Shown: positions 22,157 to 33,117 of the stretch, one piece after another
Numbering within the stretch: position 1 is the first letter of the stretch
Layout: each line of letters starts with the position of its first letter
NCBI GenBank assembly: GCA_963786955.1
Contig: CAWBAT010000005.1
Location: 992,001-1,056,000, forward strand
DNA from: an uncultured Acidimicrobiia bacterium
GTDB taxonomy: Bacteria; Acidobacteriota; Terriglobia; Versatilivoradales; Versatilivoraceae
Length of the DNA stretch: 64,000 nucleotides
Direction of reading: 5' to 3'
Made by a program: the position numbers and the translations under genes
Notes under the pieces: model-generated
Databases searched by the model: none
What the model was told of the DNA's origin: nothing
The model's input: the letters and a program-made list of their open reading frames with translations, nothing else

Positions 22157-23656
22157 TTATAACGAGTTCAGCTGTCCGATGTAGCCCTGCAATGTCCGTT
22201 CTTGTTTTTGCAGCCAACTCTGGTGGGTATTGAGAATTCGCGTGTGTTGTCTAATGCTCCGGCAGACAGCATCCGGTGCTGGGCCGCCAACGATGGTTCT
22301 GGATTCGACGAACCGGACAGGGTCAAGAATCTCCTCCATTTGGCTTAAAGAGATTTGAATCGCTCGCCCCAGCAAAGCGCGGCTGTGCTTCTCTGTAAGG
22401 CTGGAAACTCTTTGCGAATGGGATTCCCCGCTACGCCGCAAGGGTGTCTTTTGCAGCTCAATAGCCACCTGGCTCACGATCTGATGAGAACTCCTGAAGG
22501 GCAAGTGCTGATCCCGCACGAGCCAGTCCGCCAATTCCGTCAGCGTAATCTCATTGCTTTTACATTTGGACAGCGCCCGCTCTTTGTTAAACGAAGCTGT
22601 GCGCAAAACCGCCGATAACAAATCCAATACGCGAGCCGTATAATCGAAAGTATTTCGAATCGTTGGTTGGATGTCGTCTTCGGCATCCACGATATCCCCA
22701 AAGGGAGTATTATGCAGACCCAGAATAATGGCCTGGCTTTGTCCCAGAGCACTGCTCGCCATGACGCGTAGATGTTCGAGCGCGACGGGATTCCTTTTCT
22801 GGGGCATGATGCTGCTACATTGCACAAAACCATCGGATAGCCGGATTAACTGGCTGTCCTGAGAGCTCCATATCAACAGGTCCTGAATGAAGCGACCGAG
22901 ACTAATCATCAGGGTCGAGACTGCGCAAACACTCTCAATCAAATAATCCACACTGGCAATGCAGCCATAAGCATTTTCCAACACTCGATCAAATCCCAAC
23001 AATCGGCTGACTAACGGGCGATCAATGGGAAAGCCGGTTGTCGTCGCGACACAAGCGCCCAAGGGACATTGATTCACTGTTTGAAAGGCATTCATGAAGC
23101 GTAGAGAATCCCGTTCCAGGAATTCCACAGCTGCCATAAAATAGTGAGCGAGGGTGGTGGGCTGAGCCAGTTGTGTGTGCGTGACGACCGGGAAAATGGT
23201 ATCCAAGTGTTGGCGGGACAACTCGATCAAGGCCTCCCGTAGCGTCGCAATTTGCCTGGCCGAGTGCAACAGATTCTCTCTGAGCAACATTCGATAGAGG
23301 GTGATGTCGACGTCGTTCCGGCTGCGAGCCACACTCAAATACCCGGCAATTTCCGATCCGCACAGGGATTCAAGCTGTTTTTCCATGTAGAAATACAAAT
23401 CTTCTTCGGCACCCTGGTAATCGTAGTTCCGTGCCGATTGATTCTTTTCTCCAATTCTAATCAATGCTCGCAGGATCTTTCTTCCTTCCGTGCGCCCAAT
23501 GATTCCGCATCTCGTGAGCATGATGGCATGGGCCTGGTTGATCTCTGAGAGCGGTTTAAAGAAGTAGTGAACAGAATGTTGGAAGTTAGGCTTCAGGACA
23601 TGCTGCAGGTACGAGGGATGAGGGAATTGCGACTTGGGGCCCTTCGGCTTTTTCAT
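22157..23656 (-). CDS. Argininosuccinate lyase-like C-N lyase (fumarase/aspartase superfamily)
   Basis: ARSRND, THTQLAQP, SSIMPQKRNP signature. It lacks the N-terminal WGGRF of canonical ArgH. Confidence 0.8.
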   Translation of the reverse strand: MKKPKGPKSQFPHPSYLQHVLKPNFQHSVHYFFKPLSEINQAHAIMLTRCGIIGRTEGRKILRALIRIGEKNQSARNYDYQGAEEDLYFYMEKQLESLCGSEIAGYLSVARSRNDVDITLYRMLLRENLLHSARQIATLREALIELSRQHLDTIFPVVTHTQLAQPTTLAHYFMAAVEFLERDSLRFMNAFQTVNQCPLGACVATTTGFPIDRPLVSRLLGFDRVLENAYGCIASVDYLIESVCAVSTLMISLGRFIQDLLIWSSQDSQLIRLSDGFVQCSSIMPQKRNPVALEHLRVMASSALGQSQAIILGLHNTPFGDIVDAEDDIQPTIRNTFDYTARVLDLLSAVLRTASFNKERALSKCKSNEITLTELADWLVRDQHLPFRSSHQIVSQVAIELQKTPLRRSGESHSQRVSSLTEKHSRALLGRAIQISLSQMEEILDPVRFVESRTIVGGPAPDAVCRSIRQHTRILNTHQSWLQKQERTLQGYIGQLNSL

Positions 23657-23712
23657 GAGTGAGTCAGATGTTGGTGGAGAGGCCAGTCAAACTGCAGCAT
23701 GCTCCTCTCTTC

Positions 23713-23988
23713 TTACTTCAGTTTTACCGCCACGTCTGTGCCACGAGTGTAATAGACAGTGATTATCATCCCCGGCTGAAGCTTTTTCTTCATGAGCTGC
23801 TGTTCAACTTTTGGGGAGTAATTGAAGGTTCGGACGTGGTAGATATTTTGTTTGTTCTTGACGGTAATCGCCTTGGGTCCCACGGCGACAACATATCCCT
23901 TAAAATTATCCGTTTGGAGGCTTATGTCCGGCAAAAACCGTCTTGGAGGGGACTTCCAGGAGAGAGAAAAACAAAAGGAAACCGACAA
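23713..23988 (-). CDS. Small exported hypothetical protein, OB-fold-like; N-terminus probably frameshifted
   Basis: FKGYVVAVGPKAITVKN...LQPGMIITVYY...VAVKLK; co-directional with its neighbours. Confidence 0.5.
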   Translation of the reverse strand: MSVSFCFSLSWKSPPRRFLPDISLQTDNFKGYVVAVGPKAITVKNKQNIYHVRTFNYSPKVEQQLMKKKLQPGMIITVYYTRGTDVAVKLK

Positions 23989-24086
23989 TGTAAAAAAATA
24001 TTCGACGACCGGTGATCGTCCGAATCCTCTGAGCGATAAACCCTCTAGCTAACAGAATCTATCTCGTGCTGGAGCGTCATCGGGCT

Positions 24087-24377
24087 TCAATCGATTTCCT
24101 TCTCGTCAATACTGATCTTGAGAGATTTTAGAAATTTAACATCCTGGGAAGTAATATCCAGTCGGGCTTCCTGCACCTGGTCCTTGGAAAGATCCAGTTC
24201 TTCGGATGTCTGTTCCTGATGTTTATTGAAGCCAATCGTGGCTTCCAGAACGAGAAAAACATCGTAACCGGCGCCCCGTATTTGTGTAATGGCATCACTT
24301 ATATTGTCAGAGTTAGAAAGAGTATCATTAATGGCCGTCCCAAGCTCTTTCATGAGTTCCTTTAAGTTCTCGTCCAC
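24087..24377 (-). CDS. Conserved hypothetical protein
   Basis: GTG start: (M)DENLKELMKELGTAINDTLS...GYDVFLVLEATIGFNK...QDVKFLKSLKIS. Confidence 0.75.
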   Translation of the reverse strand: MDENLKELMKELGTAINDTLSNSDNISDAITQIRGAGYDVFLVLEATIGFNKHQEQTSEELDLSKDQVQEARLDITSQDVKFLKSLKISIDEKEID

Positions 24378-24488
24378 TGGTTCCAATCGACCCCCACGCA
24401 CAGACTTGAATCCCGTTGTTATTTCAAGCCCTTTTGAGTTCAGGAAGCCTTCAAATAAAATTGAATGCATTCGTCTTAAACTGGGGCG

Positions 24489-24518
24489 ATGTTACGCCCA
24501 ATACCCTGAGAGTGTCAA
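24489..24518 (-). promoter_or_regulatory. Putative sigma70 promoter
   Basis: Minus strand TTGACA-N18-TAACAT upstream of the 24377 gene. Confidence 0.45.
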
Positions 24519-24613
24519 GGCAACTGCGGTGACTGGCTTATGAGCATAAAGCCACCTCTTAGGGAAGTTATGTTATCATTCTCCGAATTTGAAGAAGGGA
24601 TCGGCCTAGGCAT

Positions 24614-24863
24614 ATGCTCAAGTTGTTATTAAATGCGTTTCGCGACCTGATCAAGACATTTCGGGTCATTTTTCTGGAGACGATGGGATTTTTATTTCTT
24701 GTCTTCGGAGGAATTGATCACTTTCAATGGCTATAAGCAGCTCCGACGATATCTCGATTTCGGTGAGATTTCTTTCGTCAGTATCGTTTCGACAATGACT
24801 TTTGGATTCCTGATGCTGGCATATGGGATTCATTCCTTCTATCAAGTTCGGAAGATGAAATAA
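24614..24863 (+). CDS. Small two-TM membrane protein with one frameshift near 24712, missed by the ORF track
   Basis: Removing one base gives MLKLLLNAFRDLIKTFRVIFLETMGFLFLVFGGLITFNGYKQLRRYLDFGEISFVSIVSTMTFGFLMLAYGIHSFYQVRKMK*. Confidence 0.65.
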
Positions 24864-24965
24864 TCGCCGCTAGGCAGATTCTTGTCTTGTGGGCCAAGAA
24901 CTTCATATCTTGGATTGTACTGATTCGTGGATCGCAAATCACTCTTGTAGTAACTGTCACCGGAT

Positions 24966-26558
24966 ATGCCTTACAAACCTGAGGTTCATCGTTCTTCAAG
25001 GGAACGAATAAAGCCCTGCTGCACGCCCGAAGACCTGGTTGGAATGAACACGGAGAAGGACTTAGGGCGACCAGGGGAATTCCCTTTTACCCGGGGGATT
25101 TATCCACTCATGTACCGCGAACGGCTCTGGACAATGCGTCAATACGCAGGGTTCGGAACGGCAGCTCAATCGAACGCGCGGTTCAAATATCTTCTAGAGC
25201 TCGGACAAACCGGCCTTTCAGTCGCCTTTGATCTGCCTACTCAACTGGGAATGGATGCCGATCATCCCATGTCGAAGGGAGAAGTCGGAAGGGTAGGTGT
25301 CTCTATCAATAGTTTACGAGACATGGAAACGCTTCTGGACGGAATTCCTCTTGACCAGGTGTCCGTTTCCATGACGATCAATGCTACAGCACCCATCCTG
25401 TTGGCGATGGTCATAGCGGTGGGACGGAAGCAGAACGTCCCGCAGGAAAAGCTTTCTGGAACGGTTCAAAATGACATTCTCAAGGAGTATGTCGCGCGGG
25501 GGACTTACATCTATCCGCTCCAATCCTCATTACGGCTCGGTACTCATGTCATCGCCTATTGCAGCCAGCATTTGCCTCAATGGAATCCGATTTCGATCAG
25601 CGGCTATCACATCCGAGAAGCGGGCTCGACGGCAGTGCAGGAGATGGCATTTACCCTAGCCAATGCCATTACTTATGTGGACGCAACGTTACAGATGGGT
25701 CTTGAGGTGGATCGTTTTGCACCCCGCTTGTCCTTCTTTTTTAACGTTCACAACGATTTTCTGGAAGAAATTGCCAAGTTCCGGGCGGCTCGGAGGCTTT
25801 GGGCGAAGACGATGAAATACCGCTTTGGCGCCAAAGATCCCCGATCCTGGCTATTTCGATTCCACGCCCAGACCGCAGGAAGTACTCTGACGGCCCAGCA
25901 ACCCGACGTCAATGTCATCCGTGTCACGCTACAAGCCCTAGCTGCCGTTCTCGGCGGCGCCCAATCGTTGCATTCCAACAGCCGGGACGAGGCGTTGGGA
26001 CTCCCCACGGAAGAAGCCGCTCGGCTGGCGCTCCGCACTCAACAGGTGATCGCCTATGAAAGCGGAGTGTCTAACACAGTGGACCCATTGGGGGGTTCTT
26101 ACGCCGTCGAAACTCTAACCAATGCCATCGAAGAAGAATGCCAAGAATATCTCGACAAGATTGAATCCATGGGTGGTATGCTGGCCGCGATCAACTCCGG
26201 GTTTGTCCAAAAGGAGATCCTGCAGTCCGCCTACAATTATCAAAAGTCTGTGGAGAATGAAGAGCATGTGATCGTGGGAGTCAACCGATTCATCAACGAT
26301 AACCCCGTGACCATTCCGTTGCATCAGATCGATCCAAGGACCGAGTCGCAACAGATCGAATCACTTGAGAAAGTCAAACGAGAACGTAATTTTGAAAAGG
26401 TTGAAGTCTGTCTCGACCAGATCGAACGGCTGGCTGCCACTCCCGAAAATCTCATGCCTGCATTCATTGAAGCGGTTGAAGCTTACGCGACCGTGGGAGA
26501 AATTTCTGCCCGGCTGCGCAAGGTTTATGGGGAGTATCGAGAGAGTAGTAGCTTGTAG
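24966..26558 (+). CDS. Methylmalonyl-CoA mutase family, N-terminal catalytic (large) subunit
   Basis: [52 protein letters not shown]. No B12-binding domain. Confidence 0.93.
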   Translation: MPYKPEVHRSSRERIKPCCTPEDLVGMNTEKDLGRPGEFPFTRGIYPLMYRERLWTMRQYAGFGTAAQSNARFKYLLELGQTGLSVAFDLPTQLGMDADHPMSKGEVGRVGVSINSLRDMETLLDGIPLDQVSVSMTINATAPILLAMVIAVGRKQNVPQEKLSGTVQNDILKEYVARGTYIYPLQSSLRLGTHVIAYCSQHLPQWNPISISGYHIREAGSTAVQEMAFTLANAITYVDATLQMGLEVDRFAPRLSFFFNVHNDFLEEIAKFRAARRLWAKTMKYRFGAKDPRSWLFRFHAQTAGSTLTAQQPDVNVIRVTLQALAAVLGGAQSLHSNSRDEALGLPTEEAARLALRTQQVIAYESGVSNTVDPLGGSYAVETLTNAIEEECQEYLDKIESMGGMLAAINSGFVQKEILQSAYNYQKSVENEEHVIVGVNRFINDNPVTIPLHQIDPRTESQQIESLEKVKRERNFEKVEVCLDQIERLAATPENLMPAFIEAVEAYATVGEISARLRKVYGEYRESSSL

Positions 26559-26662
26559 AACTTCGGTATTCTATCGTGTTTACTGACAGCGTGAGTCTGA
26601 GGGTGTTTCAACCCTTAAAGGCTCGATTCCCAAAAAATGAACTCTTCCAGGAGACGAACCCT

Positions 26663-27148
26663 ATGGTGTCAAAGAAAATTCTATCAATCTTAGGACTTGG
26701 GCTCATATTGTTGATGGTTGGACCATGCTCCAATTCGCTTTCAGCCGAAAAACCCTCGGTTGAGTACCTGAATTCTCCAGCGACTAAGGCCCTTGGTTTG
26801 CCATTCTCAGAAGCTGTTCGAGTCGGCAATGTACTTTATCTGGCAGGCCAGATAGGGAATACGCCCGGCAAGCTCGAGCTGGTTCCCGGCGGAATGCGGG
26901 CGGAGGCCAAACAGGCAATGGAAAACATGAAAACGATCCTGGAACGCAACGGCTCATCGCTCGATCACGTCGTCAAGTGCACCGTCTTTCTGGCAGACAT
27001 GAAAGACTGGCCTGTCTTTAACGAGGTTTATCGATCATTCTTTTCCAGCCATTTTCCGGCGCGGAGTTCACTCGGCACCTCCGGTCTTGCGATTGGCGCG
27101 CGAGTGGAGATCGAATGCATCGCGGTTGTGCCTGCCAAGAAGAAATGA
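26663..27148 (+). CDS. RidA (YjgF/YER057c/UK114) family protein with signal peptide
   Basis: PFSEAVRVGNVLYLAGQIG, VVKCTVFL, FNEVY, FPARS, VEIECIA; N-terminus MVSKKILSILGLGLILLMVG. Confidence 0.9.
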   Translation: MVSKKILSILGLGLILLMVGPCSNSLSAEKPSVEYLNSPATKALGLPFSEAVRVGNVLYLAGQIGNTPGKLELVPGGMRAEAKQAMENMKTILERNGSSLDHVVKCTVFLADMKDWPVFNEVYRSFFSSHFPARSSLGTSGLAIGARVEIECIAVVPAKKK

Positions 27149-27152
27149 GAGT

Positions 27153-28610
27153 TCATTTCGCATTTCGGAGGATTCCTAACAAAAAGGTCCAGAACCGGTC
27201 CACTGATTCAATATCGATGCACTCATCCGGTGAATGGACTGCCCGCAGGGTGGGTCCAAACGAGACCATATCCATTCCCGGAAATTTTTCACCGATGATG
27301 CCACATTCCAGCCCGGCATGGACGGCCTTGACTTGAGGTTCTTTCCCGAAAATTGATTGGTAAGTTTCTTGGGCAACTTTCAGGATAGGGGAATCGAGAT
27401 TCGGTTTCCATCCCGGGTAACCATCCGCCTGTTCCACTTTGGCTTTTCCCAGTTCCAGTATCGATCGAACCGTCTGGCAGATCTCTTCCATCTCTGACGC
27501 CACCGAGCTACGCTGACTCGTGGTTAGAATGATTCCTTTTTTTCCTGTCTGAATGACGGCCAGATTTGTCGAGGTCTCGACGAGCCAAGTGATTTCTGCA
27601 CTCATCTTGGTGACCCCATGCGGCAACGCCGAAAGAGTCTGGCAGATCTTGCGTTGCAGAGACATTGGAAGCACTTTACCTTTATTGCCCTCCGCAGCTT
27701 CTGCCAGACTAATTTGCAGGTCGGGTTCCACTGTAGACAGCTCGGCCCGGATGGTTTGGTTGAATTGCGTCACGACCTCTTGAACTTCTTCCAGTTTCTT
27801 CTTGGGAATGAATAAAAGGGCTTCGGCTTCGCGAGGGATCGCATTGCTTTTGTTTCCACCGTTAAGTGCTGACAATCTGGCTCCAAGCTCAGTCAAGGCG
27901 AACAAGACACGATTGATGATCTTAATGGAATTCCCTCGTCCCTTTTCGATTTCCAGTCCGGAATGCCCGCCTTTGAGTCCTTTGACCCTAAGAGTTTGGG
28001 CGGAGAACTTCCCTGTTCCCTTTTCAAAATCAAAAGTCCAGGTTCCGGTTGTATTTCGTCCTCCGGCGCATCCGACAAAAAGCTCTCCTTCCTCTTCCGA
28101 ATCCAGATTGATCAAAGTCCGGCTTCTCAAAAAATCAGGTTTCAGATTGGCAGCCCCTGTGAGCCCTGTTTCCTCATCGATCGTAAAAAGGAGCTCCAGC
28201 GGACCGTGCTCCAAATCGCGACTTTCCATGATGGCCAGGTTTGTCGCAACGGCGATGCCGTTGTCAGCGCCCAGCGTCGTTCCGTTCGCCATGAGCACCT
28301 TATCTTTACGAACAATTTCGATCGGGTCCTTGGAAAAATCATGCACGATGTTGGCGTTTTTCTCGCACACCATGTCGAGATGCCCTTGCAGAGCAATGCT
28401 GCCCACATGTTCCCGGCCGGGAGTGGCCGGCTTGCGGACGATGACATTCCCGTAGTCATCCTGATCAGCTTTTAGATTGAAGCGCTTGGCCGTTTTCAAC
28501 ACAAATCGGGCCACTGCCGCTTCATCTTTGGAACCGCGAGGAATCCGCGAGATTTCGGCAAAATATTTCCAAACGCGTTCGGGTTGCAATCCTTCAATGG
28601 CATTTGACAT
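27153..28610 (-). CDS. pepD: Aminoacyl-histidine dipeptidase (M20C)
   Basis: LQGHLDMVCEK, GTTLGADNGI, DEETGLTGA, NLDSEE, GGHSG, HAGLECG, HSPDE. Confidence 0.93.
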   Translation of the reverse strand: MSNAIEGLQPERVWKYFAEISRIPRGSKDEAAVARFVLKTAKRFNLKADQDDYGNVIVRKPATPGREHVGSIALQGHLDMVCEKNANIVHDFSKDPIEIVRKDKVLMANGTTLGADNGIAVATNLAIMESRDLEHGPLELLFTIDEETGLTGAANLKPDFLRSRTLINLDSEEEGELFVGCAGGRNTTGTWTFDFEKGTGKFSAQTLRVKGLKGGHSGLEIEKGRGNSIKIINRVLFALTELGARLSALNGGNKSNAIPREAEALLFIPKKKLEEVQEVVTQFNQTIRAELSTVEPDLQISLAEAAEGNKGKVLPMSLQRKICQTLSALPHGVTKMSAEITWLVETSTNLAVIQTGKKGIILTTSQRSSVASEMEEICQTVRSILELGKAKVEQADGYPGWKPNLDSPILKVAQETYQSIFGKEPQVKAVHAGLECGIIGEKFPGMDMVSFGPTLRAVHSPDECIDIESVDRFWTFLLGILRNAK

Positions 28611-28799
28611 GTTCACTCCTTGAATGGGCTCTATCGAGTAGAGTAAATGCCTCGTCCTGACCACAGGGGGAATTCTAGTGCCCTTTTCTCATGCGGACCA
28701 ACCGGGTCATCTAGCATGGCTTAAGGAAATGGAAAAAACAACCGGCGCTTCGCTCTCCAGTCATTGACTCTGGCTTTCACATCACTGCCGTGGGGAGGC

Positions 28800-30800
28800 T
28801 CATCCGGCTTCCCGGCATTTTTTAACGGGATTCGGATCAAGATCCATGCAATGAGAGCCAGCATCGCCAAGCTGGTCAGAAATGATGGGTCGCTTAAAAA
28901 TCACGAATAACTTGATATCTGCGAAAGCCAGTGCGGCGAAAAGCAAGCCGATAAGCGCCTCACCGGCGATCAGGCCTGAAGCCAACAGCACTCCATTGTT
29001 TTCGACTCTAGCCTTCTGCGCTGCGTTATGTTGCAGCCTGGAGTTCCAACGATCCACAACTCCCTTTAGAACACCTCCCACAAAGATCGCAAAGGTCGTC
29101 TCCAAGGGCAGATACATTCCCACGCTGACGAGCATTGGGCTTCGTACCTGCATCAGAATGAGTCCGGCCCCCAATAGCATTCCCACAATGATCAAAGGCC
29201 AGGCCATTTGACCGCCGACAATGCCTTGGGCCAATAAGGCCATCAAGCTGGCCTGCGGGGCAGGAAGGTTTCGGCCGCCGAAACCTGTGCCACCCGTGTT
29301 GATATCTCCTTGATGCAATACGACCAGAGGCAGAAACATGACAGCGGACGCCAGACCCACTCCAACTAGATCTCCAACTTGCATTTTCCATGGCGTGCCA
29401 CCCAGGATGTGTCCGACTTTGAGATCCTGGAGCATTTCGCCAGCCACTGCCGAAGAAACACACACAACCGCAGCTACACCCAACACCGCCGCTACGCCCT
29501 TACTGCCTTGGGTACCCAGGGCAACCATCAGTAACGCTGCAACCAACAACGTGGACAGGGTAAGCCCACTGATGGGATTGTTACTGGATCCAATGACGCC
29601 AACCAAATAGCCGGAAACCGCTGCGAAGAAGAAACCGGCAATCACCATGACCACTGTGGCAACCCCGGCTACTCTGGCTTCTTGAGCAAAATGATTGTAG
29701 ATCAGAAACGTAACGACTGCCGTCAACGCGATACCCAGCATGATCCACTTGAAGTTGATATCTCGTTCCGTCCGAATCTCCACGTGCTCACCCGTAGCCG
29801 CTTTCTTGACGTCCCCAATGGATCGCTTGATTCCGGTAATGAGGCTGTTCCTCATTCGAAACAAAGTGTACCCAGCCGAGACTAACATTCCCCCGATCGC
29901 GATGGGACGCACAATAAATTTCCAAACATTGTTCGATAGCCCAATCCAGGTTGCGGCATCGGCGGCACTTCCATCGGGGAACAAGCAGGTGAAAGAAAGT
30001 AGGTGATCATCGGCACGAAGAGCCCCCAAGCCAACAGTCCTCCGCTGAAAGTTTAAGGATGCCAGTTTGGGGCCAATAATATAACCCACACCGATGTAGG
30101 CCGGACTGATTCCAGGAGCGCTCAATACCATTCCCCCCTGCGCTGTGGCGTTTCCACTCCCCCGCAGGCCAATGGTGACCTTTGAAAATGGAACAAACTT
30201 CTCCCAGTTGGTCGCAAAGAATTTGAATTGACCGAGAGCCTGAATCAGGGCGCCGACTCCCATCGCAGAGAACAGGAATTGAGCTCCCGTGCCGCCAGCG
30301 CGGCCCGCTTTGTGGATTTCAGAAGCCGCCACGGATTCCGGGTAAGGGAGTTCCGCATCGTCAACCATGACCCGGCGGAGCAGAGCCACAAACATGATTC
30401 CCAACACGCCCCCTGCAAGCATGATGGCTGTGGATTCCAGATAATGGCCGCGCGTGGCAAATTCCGGCCAAATGCCCGCGATAAAGAAAGCGGGAATGGT
30501 GAAAATGGCTCCGGCAGCAACCGATTCTCCAATGGAACCGACCGTCCGAGCAAAATTCTCCTCCAGAATCGATCCTTTGAACAGGCGTAACAAAGCCATC
30601 CCAATCACAGCAGCTGGATAAGTCGCCGCAATCGTCATCCCGGCCTTGAGTCCAAGATAGGCATTGGCCGCACCCAAAACAATGCACATCACGAGTCCAA
30701 TCAGCAAAGCCCTTAGACTGAATTCCGTCATTAACGAATCTGGCGGCACATAAGGCTTTTGCTTAGGCGACTCCGTATTCCCGGCATTCGGCTCAGCCAT
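28800..30800 (-). CDS. OPT family oligopeptide transporter, with local compensating frameshifts near 30000-30050 and a shifted C-terminus
   Basis: NAYLGLKAG, LPYPES, GSSNNPISG, LQDLKVGHILGGTPWKMQ, LPAPQA, ASGLIAGE. Confidence 0.9.
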   Translation of the reverse strand: MAEPNAGNTESPKQKPYVPPDSLMTEFSLRALLIGLVMCIVLGAANAYLGLKAGMTIAATYPAAVIGMALLRLFKGSILEENFARTVGSIGESVAAGAIFTIPAFFIAGIWPEFATRGHYLESTAIMLAGGVLGIMFVALLRRVMVDDAELPYPESVAASEIHKAGRAGGTGAQFLFSAMGVGALIQALGQFKFFATNWEKFVPFSKVTIGLRGSGNATAQGGMVLSAPGISPAYIGVGYIIGPKLASLNFQRRTVGLGALRADDHLLSFTCLFPDGSAADAATWIGLSNNVWKFIVRPIAIGGMLVSAGYTLFRMRNSLITGIKRSIGDVKKAATGEHVEIRTERDINFKWIMLGIALTAVVTFLIYNHFAQEARVAGVATVVMVIAGFFFAAVSGYLVGVIGSSNNPISGLTLSTLLVAALLMVALGTQGSKGVAAVLGVAAVVCVSSAVAGEMLQDLKVGHILGGTPWKMQVGDLVGVGLASAVMFLPLVVLHQGDINTGGTGFGGRNLPAPQASLMALLAQGIVGGQMAWPLIIVGMLLGAGLILMQVRSPMLVSVGMYLPLETTFAIFVGGVLKGVVDRWNSRLQHNAAQKARVENNGVLLASGLIAGEALIGLLFAALAFADIKLFVIFKRPIISDQLGDAGSHCMDLDPNPVKKCREAG

Positions 30801-31063
30801 GGGGGCCTCCTCACAATATTGTGCTTTTAGACCGTCGCAAAAGTAGCACCGGCCCAAACACCCCGTCAAGGCAAACTTGGCGCGGGATTCAGGCAGGCTT
30901 GGGGGAGGCGAGAAAAGCGGGCTGGGTTAGAAAACTTTGATTTTCGGGAAGATATCTCGGGGCCTTAAGAATTGAATGCAGTGCGTGGAGGGGAAAGAGA
31001 ATCTTGAGACGCAGGCACTCTGCTTGGAAGAGAAGGATCTCTCGCGGAGTTCCGCATCACAAA

Positions 31064-32202
31064 CTAGCCAATCGGAACATACTCGACCACCTTAATTCCG
31101 TAGCTCTCCAGGCCCACAATCTTGCGTGGATGATTGGTCAGAAGACGGATATTCTTCAAATGGAGACGAGACAAAATTTGGGCCCCAGTGCCATAGCCTC
31201 GCTGGGTTCGTTTAACACTGTAAGATTCTTCGCCAGCCGGTAATAATCCATGGTAAGCGACACGCGTATTTCCATCCATGCTCCTCAGCTCAAATCCTCT
31301 TCCAGTCTGATGCATATAAAGCAACACACCGCTGCTTTCACGGGCTATGAGTTCCATGGATTTCTCCAATAGTGTTCGACAATCACACACGGCAGAGCCA
31401 AAAACATCACCCGTCAGGCAATGGGCGTGCACCCGCACCAGAACCGGCTGTTTGGGATTAATCTGGCCGTAAATAAGAGCGACATGGGTCTCCTTGTCGT
31501 ATTCGCATTCAAAGGCCAACATCTTGAATGTCCCGTATCTGGTGGGAAGATCGGCCTCGGCAACCTTGTGGACAAAATTCTCCGTCCGTAATCGATATTT
31601 GATTAACTCCGCGACCGTGATCATCTTGAGCCCATGGGTTAAAGCAAATTGGTGGAGCTCTTCGACTCGCGACATCGTCCCATCGTCATTCATCACTTCG
31701 CAAATTACTCCAGACGGAGTCAACCCTGCGATACGAGCCAGATCGACTGCTGCCTCCGTCTGGCCGGCCCGAACAAGTACACCCCCGTTCCGTGCCCTTA
31801 AGGGGAAGACATGACCCGGGCGTACAAGATCTTGCGGCTTCGTATCCGGATGGATGGCGGTTAAGATTGTCTGGGCCCGATCCGCCGCCGAGATTCCTGT
31901 GGACACCTTTCTCTTGGCTTCAATGGAAACACAAAATGCCGTCCCATACATCGAGGTATTGTCCGAGACCATGAGTGGAATTTGCAATTCATCCAGACGT
32001 TCCCCCGTCATCGCCAGGCAGATGAGACCACGACCATGGCGCGCCATGAAATTGATGGCTTCCGGCGTCACCTTTTCGGCCGCAATGGTCAAATCCCCCT
32101 CGTTTTCACGATCCTCATCGTCAACAACAATGACTATTCTGCCCGCTTTGAAGTCTTCGATGGCTGCTTCAACCGTTGCAAAATAGGAATTTTCTCGTTC
32201 AT
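31064..32202 (-). CDS. ribBA: DHBP synthase fused to a divergent GTP cyclohydrolase II-like domain; 1-nt A-run deletion near the start
   Basis: [39 protein letters not shown]; C-domain [27 protein letters not shown]. Confidence 0.9.
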
Positions 32203-32428
32203 GCTGCGATCCGTCTCTTCGATGGCCGCCTTTTTGCTATCCATTCTTTAACCATTCAAATATTTCAGCAATCATCAAGCGTTCTGGCAACTTCACCCTT
32301 CGGCGCCTTCCCTCTATAGAGAAATGCCCCCTCTTTGTAAGGGAGCCTTTTTCTGAGCATGATTCCTTCGTGGGATGGCCCCTTCTTTCCTCATTTCTTA
32401 ATCCCTCCCACAGATCATCGGCAATCCT

Positions 32429-33074
32429 TTAGTACCCCTGCTCTTTCAATATTCTTCCGAAAGAGGCGGCTTATTAGCATCGGAACGCTTGGCAAGGAGT
32501 GATTCAACATATTTGGCCAGGATATCTACTTCGAGGTTTACGGTTCTTCCCACACCGAAGTTGTGGAAGTTCGTGTTTTCCAAGGTGTGGGGGATCAATG
32601 CCACTTCAAACGACCGTTCTGTAGGTTTCGCCACAGTCAGGCTCACTCCATTTACAGAAATCGATCCCTTTTCCACGATGTACGGTCTCAATTCTGTGCG
32701 AATAGAAAATTTCCATGACCCCAAACCCCTCTCGAGATTCAATCGAGAGCACTTGACTCGTCCCATCGACATGCCCTTGCACGAAATGTCCACCCAAGCG
32801 ACTCCCGGGAGTTAAGGGGCGTTCCAGATTAACCTCACTTCCGATTCTTATTTCTCCCAGATTGGACCGTTTCAGCGTTTCTGATGAGATCTCAACTTGA
32901 AAATCCCGCTCAGTTAATTGGCGCACAGTAAGGCAGACTCCGTTCACAGCCACACTGTCACCGAGCTGCATTCCCATCGAGAACCTTGACCGCGCTGACG
33001 GTCATCGTGGCCGTCTCACGGGAGCGTTGAATTGAGCCAACCTTACCAACTTCTTCGATAATCCCGGTAAACAT
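32429..33074 (-). CDS. ribE: Riboflavin synthase (alpha chain), frameshifted
   Basis: [10 protein letters not shown] start, [18 protein letters not shown]...[35 protein letters not shown]. Confidence 0.92.
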
Positions 33075-33117
33075 AGAGTTTGAGAATCACCTTCGAGGTG
33101 GACATGAGATACCAGTT

